From positions 1 through 31,782 of the forward strand of contig DAHVNA010000025.1 of the NCBI GenBank assembly GCA_027319565.1: DNA of 31,782 bases, written 5' to 3'. Of this stretch, positions 26,714-31,782 are shown in pieces; position 1 is the stretch's first letter; every line of letters begins with the position of its first letter. Position numbers and translations under genes: made by a program. This stretch comes from Elusimicrobiota bacterium (GTDB lineage: Bacteria; Elusimicrobiota; Elusimicrobia; UBA1565; UBA9628). The notes under the pieces are model-generated. The model did no database searches and had not been told where the DNA came from. It saw only the letters and a program-made list of their open reading frames with translations.

Positions 26714-28693
26714 TTAAGGCTTGAGCAACTGATCCAACTCCTGGTCCTGACTTTGTTGCGCTGAAGGCGCCGCCTGCGGCTGAGCGGTTGGTTGCGGGGC
26801 CGGAGCCGCGATTGGAGCGCCGTTCTGGGCCGGAGCTCCGACTGCGGATCCCGGGCTAGGGATACCTGGCATGATATCGGTTTTCTTCTCTTTTAATTTA
26901 GGCTTTTTAGAAATAATTTTTTTCTTGGACCTGGCAATTTTCTTTTTAATAAAAAAGCGCTTCTTAAGAGGTTTTCTTGCTAGTTTTTTCTTGACAGGAT
27001 GAAATTGCGACTTTCCGGATAATAAATCCAGCGCCAACTGATTTTGTCCAACCACCTGATGAAGAGACAAATCCGCTTGAAACTCGTAGGATTTTTGCAT
27101 TCCATTCATCGTGGGCGGAGTTTGGTAATTGACTTGATAAAGATTATCCTTGATTTTCTCGGCGCTCCACGGGCTTAAATCTCCCAACGGAGATGGGGAA
27201 GCTCCCAAGGCTTGGGAAATAGTTTTTCCGCTGGAAGTTATCGGCCAGTTTTGGACCATCTCAATGGCGGAATCTTTAAAAGCTTTTTCCTGTTCTGGAG
27301 GAAGAGAAGCTGGAAGCGCCGGCGAAGCTGGCTTGGGCATCGGAAGCCCTAAAGCCGACTGGGAAGAAGGAAGAGCCTGAGGCCGCGCGGCCGATTTTGG
27401 TTTGGAAAGCTCAAGACCAGGAATCAGGCCTAAGACGTAAGCCAACGCAAACAAAGCCCCGCCCAAAACCACCAGAATGAAAAGCCAACTTCCTTTTTTA
27501 GATTTCTTTGGCGCTTGAACCGGAACTCCCGTGGCTTCCGATGGAGACTCAAAAAGAGAAGAGCTGTCTGAAGCCCCCGTTTCAGCCTGGGACTCGGGCA
27601 CGGCAGCCGCTGAAGCAGGCGATCCAAGAAGACTCTCCCCTCCAAGGCTGGAAGGTTGACTCGCCTCCAGAAACGCGGCTGGAGAACTGGACAGATTGGT
27701 ATCCGGAACATTCCCAGTCGGTAAAATAAACTCTTGGGCGGCATTCATCGGCGATGGCGGAGCGCTCTCTCCCATCGAGACCATAGGGGAAGCCTCCGGT
27801 GTCGAAGACGGGGGAGCAAACGGCGAGGGAGGAAAACCCATATTCCCGGCTGTAGGTTCCGGCGATGGCATCGGCGAAATAGATTGAGGCATTGTAGGGT
27901 CGAAGGAAGGGGCGGGAATCGATTCTTGCTTAAACTTAACTGCCTCGACTTCATCTTTAAGCCCGCTCACCATGGTCCGCAACTCGTCTAAAGACGCGCT
28001 TAAAGCGGAATTCTGAGAATTCCCGTCCACTTTTTGCGTTAATTCCTGAATTCGGGAGTTTACATCGGCGATTTGAGCCGACAAATTCTGACTGTCTTGA
28101 CCGGATTGGGAAAGCATCTCAAGTTTCTGGTTCAACTCTTCTATCAAACGCTTTTGAGAACGAGTTGCCTCTTCCAGCGGCGCCCATTGAGCACGAGACT
28201 CAGTGGATATCTTTTCAATATCGCCTTTTAAGGACCCCAATGAAGCAAATGAATCTTCCAAATTTTTTATCCGGCGGTTCCACTCCTCATCATGCTGGTT
28301 ATTGCCATTAAATTTCGCGCGGAATTCATCCAACTCTCTTTGTGTTTCCTTAAAAGATTCCTGGAGTTGGTTAACGCTTTGCCCCAAAGCTCCCAATTTC
28401 TCATGAACCGCGCCCAACAAGCTCAATTCCTTAATTAAAAGAGCGTCGCCCGCGGGTTCTGGGCTTAAAGCCGGTTGACTCTGAAAAGCAGGGGGTGGCG
28501 ATTTGGGTTTAGACAATGCCTGCTGAATCGGAGGCATTAAACTAGCTCTTTGCCAATCGCCGGCGTCGGTACCCTGCCTTCCTTCGGGACAGACCAAGGC
28601 ATCGCCAGAAAAATCCGGGCGAGACAATAATTCTTCGACCGCAAAAGGGCCGACGACTTGATTATTTTGAAAAATCCAATATCGCTCGCTCAT
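26714..28693 (-). CDS. Bitopic membrane protein: GYF_2-like N-terminus, coiled coil, Pro/Ser-rich linker, TM, periplasmic domain
   Basis: YWIFQNNQVVGPFAVEEL...LVC.EG....W pattern, heptad region, TM WLFILVVLGGALFALAYVLG, Lys-rich C-terminal segment. Confidence 0.7.
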   Translation of the reverse strand: MSERYWIFQNNQVVGPFAVEELLSRPDFSGDALVCPEGRQGTDAGDWQRASLMPPIQQALSKPKSPPPAFQSQPALSPEPAGDALLIKELSLLGAVHEKLGALGQSVNQLQESFKETQRELDEFRAKFNGNNQHDEEWNRRIKNLEDSFASLGSLKGDIEKISTESRAQWAPLEEATRSQKRLIEELNQKLEMLSQSGQDSQNLSAQIADVNSRIQELTQKVDGNSQNSALSASLDELRTMVSGLKDEVEAVKFKQESIPAPSFDPTMPQSISPMPSPEPTAGNMGFPPSPFAPPSSTPEASPMVSMGESAPPSPMNAAQEFILPTGNVPDTNLSSSPAAFLEASQPSSLGGESLLGSPASAAAVPESQAETGASDSSSLFESPSEATGVPVQAPKKSKKGSWLFILVVLGGALFALAYVLGLIPGLELSKPKSAARPQALPSSQSALGLPMPKPASPALPASLPPEQEKAFKDSAIEMVQNWPITSSGKTISQALGASPSPLGDLSPWSAEKIKDNLYQVNYQTPPTMNGMQKSYEFQADLSLHQVVGQNQLALDLLSGKSQFHPVKKKLARKPLKKRFFIKKKIARSKKKIISKKPKLKEKKTDIMPGIPSPGSAVGAPAQNGAPIAAPAPQPTAQPQAAPSAQQSQDQELDQLLKP

Positions 28694-28802
28694 AGAACCT
28701 CAAGGCCTCCCACAAATTTTGGCATCTCACAAAAAGTATAACAACTCTGACCCATAAATCAATGACAAATTTGTTACGCCCGCTATATTCTATACTTCTC
28801 TT

Positions 28803-30527
28803 ATGGGGAAAATAGGAGGATTACTTTTAATTTTACTCGCCCGCACGGCTTTCTGCGCCCCAACCAAGACCTTTGTTCTAGCCCAGGTCGATGAAATTAC
28901 AAGCCTGGACCCGGCCTATCCATATGACAATGCCAGCCAAAATGTTATTTTTAACGTCTATGATACGCTTCTAGGGTTGGACCCCAAATCCCCAAGACGT
29001 CTTATCCCGAAAATCGCAACTGCGGTCCCCTCCCTCAAAAATGGCGGCATTTCCCCGAACGGACGAATCTACCGATTTCATATTCGGAAAAACGTCCACT
29101 TTCAAGATGGACGGCTTTTATCTCCCGAGGACGTTCGCTATTCTCTTCTCCGCTTTATGCTCATGGATCGTCCCGGCGGTCCCTCGGGTATTCTCTTAGA
29201 ACCCATTTTAGGAATCAGCTCAACCCGCGAGAAAGGAGTTTCTCTTAAATCCATCTTCGATGCCGCCCAAAAAGCTGTGCGCGTTGAAGGAAACGATGTC
29301 GTCATTACGCTCAAGCGCCCCTTTGCCCCTTTTCTCTCGATCATGGCTCGCTGGTCCTATGTTCTGCCAAAGAGTTGGGCCACCGAACATGGAGACTGGG
29401 ATGGAACCTGGGCGTCTTTTGCCCGTTTTAACAACCCCCCAGAAGACCGCAGCTATTTGCGCAATCATATGGACGGAAGCGGGCCATTTAAGCTAGCGCT
29501 GTGGAACCCAATTTCTAAATACGTAATCCTCAAGCGCAACGATCATTATTGGAGAAAACCCGCATCTCTATCCCAGGTGATTATCCGAACCATTCCGGAA
29601 TTTTCAACCCAAAAATTGATGCTCAAAGCCGGGGACGCCGACGCTATCAGCGTCTCTCCTATTTTCTTAAGCGAGGTTTCCAATCTCCCCAACGTAAAAA
29701 TTATTTCCCACCTCTCGCGCTTAGCCACCGATCCGGTGTTTTTCTTTACTTTCCGGGTCAATTCAACGGCGAATCGAGATATCGGCTCGGGCCGCTTGGG
29801 AGAAAATGGAATCCCGCCAGATTTTTTTTCCGATCGCGACGTCCGCCTTGGCATGAGTTACGCCTTTGATGCGAAAACTTTTGTCCGCGACGCGCTCAAA
29901 GGCGAAGGATTCCAGGCTAAAAGTGTTGTGCCCCCAACGCTTTTGGAGACTAATGCCCATTTTCCTTACCGATCCTATAATCTCAAAAAAGCGATCTCGC
30001 ACTTTAAACGCGCATTTAACGGCGATGTTTGGAAAAAAGGATTTCATTTCACCCTTACTTACAACGTCGGAGCTGAAAACCGCATGGCGGCGGCTTTGAT
30101 CCTCAAGAAAAACGTGGAATCTCTCAATCCAAAATTTCATATCGACATTCGCGGCCTTGACTGGCCCTCTTTCTTGGATAAAAGCGAAAAACATTTAATG
30201 CCAATTTTTATGCGCGGCTGGTATGCCGATTATCCAAACGCCTATAATTTTTTCTACGCGTTTTTCGACTCAAACGGCCGCTATCCTCTGGAACAACAAT
30301 ACCGGGATCCTCAAATGGATCGCCTCCTTGAAAAATTTGCCTCGACCCATAGTCGCTTAAAACAAAAAAAATTAGAGGAAGAAATTCTCAAACTCGCCAA
30401 TTATGACGCGCCCAATATCCCGGTCGCACACCCAACGGCCATTTACGCTCTGAGAAAAGAGGTTCCGGTCTTTTACGACAACCCTATTGCCTTGGGACTC
30501 GATTATTATTATATAAGTAAGAAATGA
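28803..30527 (+). CDS. ABC transporter substrate-binding protein, family 5 (OppA/DppA-like)
   Basis: SLDPAY.YD, NVYDTL, F.IRKNV.FQDG...PEDVRYS, GSGPFKL, GWYADYP. Confidence 0.92.
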   Translation: MGKIGGLLLILLARTAFCAPTKTFVLAQVDEITSLDPAYPYDNASQNVIFNVYDTLLGLDPKSPRRLIPKIATAVPSLKNGGISPNGRIYRFHIRKNVHFQDGRLLSPEDVRYSLLRFMLMDRPGGPSGILLEPILGISSTREKGVSLKSIFDAAQKAVRVEGNDVVITLKRPFAPFLSIMARWSYVLPKSWATEHGDWDGTWASFARFNNPPEDRSYLRNHMDGSGPFKLALWNPISKYVILKRNDHYWRKPASLSQVIIRTIPEFSTQKLMLKAGDADAISVSPIFLSEVSNLPNVKIISHLSRLATDPVFFFTFRVNSTANRDIGSGRLGENGIPPDFFSDRDVRLGMSYAFDAKTFVRDALKGEGFQAKSVVPPTLLETNAHFPYRSYNLKKAISHFKRAFNGDVWKKGFHFTLTYNVGAENRMAAALILKKNVESLNPKFHIDIRGLDWPSFLDKSEKHLMPIFMRGWYADYPNAYNFFYAFFDSNGRYPLEQQYRDPQMDRLLEKFASTHSRLKQKKLEEEILKLANYDAPNIPVAHPTAIYALRKEVPVFYDNPIALGLDYYYISKK

Positions 30528-31171
30528 AGGCCCTATCGCGCGTCAGCCGGGCTCAAAAGATACTCAAAGGTCTTAAAACCCTTTATCCCGACGCCCACTG
30601 CGAACTCAATTTTCGCTCCCCCTGGGAACTCGCGGTCGCGACAATTCTCTCCGCCCAATGCACGGATAAGCGCGTCAATTCCGTGACCACCGCTCTTTTT
30701 AAAAGGTATCCGGCAATTGAAGACTACGCCAAAGCCGATATTCACGAACTTGAGTCCCTGATTCGATCAACCGGTTTTTTCCGCTCAAAGGCTCTGTCAA
30801 TTCAAGAATCGGCAAAGACTCTTCTCAAGGATTTTAACGGTCAAATTCCAAACACCATCCGCGAGTTGACCCAATTGCGCGGCGTGGCCAGAAAAACCGC
30901 CAACGTCATTCTCGGAACGGCTTTTAACGTCACGGAAGGAATCGTCGTCGACACCCATGTTAAGCGCGTTTCGTTCCGATTGGGGCTGACAAAGAAAACA
31001 AACCCCGTCCTTATTGAAAAAGATCTCATGCGCGTTCTCCCCCAGGCGGAATGGATTTTTTTCGGGCACGCCCTGGTCAGACATGGAAGACAAGTCTGCG
31101 CTGCGCGAAAGCCTCGATGCCCATCGTGTCTGCTAAAACCTCTTTGTCCCTATGGAATTAAAAATACATGA
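30524..31171 (+). CDS. nth: Endonuclease III
   Basis: LSAQCTD..VN, HhH L.GVARKTANV, VDTHV.R, [4Fe-4S] motif C-x6-C-x2-C-x5-C. Confidence 0.96.
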   Translation: MKALSRVSRAQKILKGLKTLYPDAHCELNFRSPWELAVATILSAQCTDKRVNSVTTALFKRYPAIEDYAKADIHELESLIRSTGFFRSKALSIQESAKTLLKDFNGQIPNTIRELTQLRGVARKTANVILGTAFNVTEGIVVDTHVKRVSFRLGLTKKTNPVLIEKDLMRVLPQAEWIFFGHALVRHGRQVCAARKPRCPSCLLKPLCPYGIKNT

Positions 31172-31240
31172 ACTCCTCTCTTTACCGTTTTTTTACCATC
31201 CTGTCACAAATTCGATACAAACAAGGAGAATCATAATTTT

Positions 31241-31782
31241 ATGGCAGACAAAGAACTGACTTTAAACCAACTTTTATCGGAAGCGATCGCGGTAGGCGGA
31301 AGCGATCTCCATTTAGTGCACGGTTCATCTCCGATGGTCCGGGTTTCCGGCGAAATAGCGGCGCTCAAACACCCGGCATTGAGCTCGGATGAAATCATGG
31401 CCTTACTCAAGCCCTTCATCAATCAAAATGAGATCGACGCCTTTAAACAAGAGCTCCGCCTTCATTTTTCAAGGAGTATCGACTCTTTGGGGAGATTTCG
31501 CTTCTCCCTTTACTATGCTCTGGGAACGGTGGGGGCGACCATACGAATCATCACCAGCAAAATTTATCCGCTGACCGCATTGGGACTTCCTCCCATTGTC
31601 GGCAATTTAATCACGCGGAAAACCGGCATCATTCTGGTCACCGGGCCCACCGGTAGCGGGAAAAGCACGACCATGGCGGCGATGCTGGAACATCTCAACC
31701 AAAGCGGAAGACCTCAAAAAGTAATCACTATTGAAGATCCTATCGAGACTATTTTTAAACCCGCCCATTGCATTTTCGTTCA
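31241..31782 (+). CDS. pilT: PilT/PilU-family type IV pilus ATPase, N-terminal part (runs off window end)
   Basis: Not in the ORF track. Manual translation [12 protein letters not shown]...[16 protein letters not shown]...GRFR...LGLPP...[20 protein letters not shown]...[15 protein letters not shown] upstream. Confidence 0.88.
   Translation, partial: MADKELTLNQLLSEAIAVGGSDLHLVHGSSPMVRVSGEIAALKHPALSSDEIMALLKPFINQNEIDAFKQELRLHFSRSIDSLGRFRFSLYYALGTVGATIRIITSKIYPLTALGLPPIVGNLITRKTGIILVTGPTGSGKSTTMAAMLEHLNQSGRPQKVITIEDPIETIFKPAHCIFV

Overview
Gene-dense bacterial chromosomal window (~50% GC). The style of the hypothetical proteins suggests Elusimicrobiota, which is inference only. Housekeeping and metabolic content: partial AsmA-like gene, cardiolipin synthase, sixA, rsmD, a receiver-MBL hydrolase fusion, nfo, three tRNAs (Ala-GGC, Arg-TCT, CAT), queC-like, three-gene transhydrogenase (pntAa/pntAb/pntB), an amine/amino-acid catabolic cluster (two class III aminotransferases plus an aldehyde dehydrogenase), D-Ala-D-Ala dipeptidase, SDR, panD, ettA, a TPR-SpoIID operon, a family-5 solute-binding protein, nth and a partial PilT-like ATPase. 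I saw no transposase, integrase or CRISPR array. Most notable: (1) a 43-bp tandem DNA motif at the same promoter position in front of two otherwise unrelated exported proteins that share a signal/low-complexity/'FDG'/cargo-enzyme layout (M48 protease; PD-(D/E)XK-like domain); (2) an unrecognised ~210-nt highly structured leader RNA ahead of an outer-membrane beta-barrel gene; (3) a 76-bp diverged duplication that gives the dipeptidase the promoter and N-terminus of its neighbouring aminotransferase; (4) repeated leaderless-mRNA promoter geometry.
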